NCBI GenBank assembly: GCA_002633005.1
Contig: NMRA01000544.1
Location: 106,479 to 170,478, forward strand
Reading direction: 5' to 3'
Source of the DNA: Phoronis australis
Lineage: Eukaryota > Animalia > Phoronida
Length of the DNA stretch: 64,000 nt
Shown here: piece after piece, positions 62,226 to 64,000 of the stretch
Position numbering within the stretch: the first letter of the stretch is position 1
Layout: every line of letters begins with the position of its first letter
Notes under the pieces: model-generated
Told to the model about the DNA's origin: nothing
The model's database searches: none
What the model saw: the letters and a program-made list of their open reading frames with translations, nothing else
Made by a program: the position numbers and the translations under genes

Positions 62226-64000
62226 GTCAGTGCTTTCAAAATACTTGGACTGTACTTTCGGTCTTGATATTGCAAAATACAGCTTTTTCTAAAGGCATTT
62301 GTTTGTAAGACAACGCTAGCGTGTATTGCTAGGCCTAATAGCCGATAAGAGTTATCTCCACATGTTACCCATGACGTCCTCTTGTAATTTCGGGCATCAA
62401 AAACAATGCCAAGAGACTACGGCTTTGGTAACTGGGCTTCATGTTCGTTGCTTCCCTTACTCGGGAATTTCTCAATTTTAAAAAGATTTTCTACACTAAA
62501 CTACTTTGAGCGAAACGTCGCTTTCCCATAAACAGGTAGGTGAACGGCAATGATATAAATAGATAGCCAGGCCCGTAGCCGGAAGGAAAAAATTATTGGG
62601 AGGGGGGCACAAACCAATTTGACTTCGCCAACCAACCCCATTGCTATCGCCACCTAACTTGCTAACCCCCCTCCCCCACCCGTTCTCTGGATGTCACCAT
62701 ATTTATTCCGAGNCCCCCGCCCCACGTCCGCCCGGTGGGAGTATAATACCGGGGATGCAGCCATAAGGATTTGAGTGACCGTGAACCAACAAAGTTTCAC
62801 GGAGAGTAAGAATGGGTCTAGTGCCCGCATACTGACGGGTAGCTGGAAGTTGCCTGACTACAGCTGGCCTCCAACAGTGTATTCGCACTCCTCTGCTCTG
62901 GGTCGAAGGTCAAGGTTTGTTTTATGATCCAGTTTCGGGAAAACTTCAATTTATTATGCTTAGTTTTTGAAGACTTGGAAAGGTGAAGTCCCGAGGTGAC
63001 TGGTATGAATGCCTTTGTGGCCGTTTCAGAATCCCTAGATGAAACACAGCCGGTAATCCAGTTTCGGGTTGCTGGGGGAAATGATACAGAGTGTGTCCCG
63101 AAAATGAACACACTTCAAAGTCTGGTGTTCAAATTGAGCTCCCGTGGGTAACTTATATTCTACGCAGGCCTACGGCATGGTTACACCTTATTTTAACGTG
63201 GGTGTGCCAGTTACTACGTGTTCCGTGCATGCGCGCACCCAAGGGGGCTTGGGTTGCTAGAACGAGCCCCTCATTTGGAAAAGTGGGCAAAAAGGTACGC
63301 TTCAAAGAAACAAAATGTCCGAGAAAAACGACACAAAAGTCCGCTAAAAAGGTAGAAATTCTACGTATGCATAATTCATAGCCCTGAACGAACCCCATAT
63401 TCCGTTTTTTTTTTCTTTTCTTTAGTAAAAGGTCCGCATCTTCAAAAATGTTAAGCTGGTTGGGGGCATGCCGTGTGTGTAGAATGCACGGAAAATGCAA
63501 GCAATCGATTCAGGTTTGAAGAACAAAAAGTCATTGCTCCATACTACTGGAAATTAAAAACAACGTAGAACTGCAAAGAGAATCTTTAAAGTTGATGACA
63601 AATGAGTTAGATTTTATTTATTTAAGTACTTAAACGTCTTTTTCGATACGTTTGTAAACTTAAACCCAGTAATCTAGTTCCTAAGCCAATAAACAATTTA
63701 TTGTCATTTGAAATGTGACAGGATTTTGGGACACTTTGTAGAGTTGTCCGAAATTCATCAATTTCCTTGAGACTTATTTCAGATAGACAAAAATCGTTTA
63801 GCGTACTTTTACATTTGGGGATCTGATGATAGGTCAAAATTTTCCGGTGTCTGCTTGCAACTAAGTTCATTGAAGCATTCTCATTTCTACAAGATGAGCT
63901 TTTAATTGTCAAAAAAATCATCTGTCAATCGGTTTACTTTCATAGATACATAAACATGTAAATCAGAAACCGACAATCAAATGCATGAGCAATGCGTCTA

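Overview
AT-rich, repeat-dense eukaryotic DNA, most likely a marine invertebrate (inferred from gene and transposon content). Three spliced genes can be reconstructed by hand with consistent intron phases. (1) A complete 5-exon, 281-aa phosphonoacetaldehyde hydrolase (PhnX-type HAD phosphonatase) on +, 23109-36017. (2) A complete 8-exon, 269-aa secreted protein of unknown function on -, 48439-40151, with a 24-nt micro-exon and an apparent GC-AG intron, visible only as fragments in the ORF track. (3) The first two exons of a secreted PAN/apple + C-type lectin protein on +, from 58886, continuing past the window. Mobile DNA includes a decayed, 5'-truncated Ngaro-type tyrosine-recombinase retrotransposon (3975-9371, -) whose RNase H is split by a 1378-bp insertion carrying an array of covarying mini-hairpins. 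A second copy of its B1-A2-B2 3' end lies just upstream of the lectin gene. Phosphonatase intron 1 holds a Penelope remnant with two inverted hammerhead ribozymes and a 12-bp TSD. Also present: a Helentron-associated element, LINE 3' fragments, several MITE/foldback elements and a 2.9-kb higher-order satellite punctuated by a GC-rich hairpin core. Family assignments come from motif recognition, not database searches.
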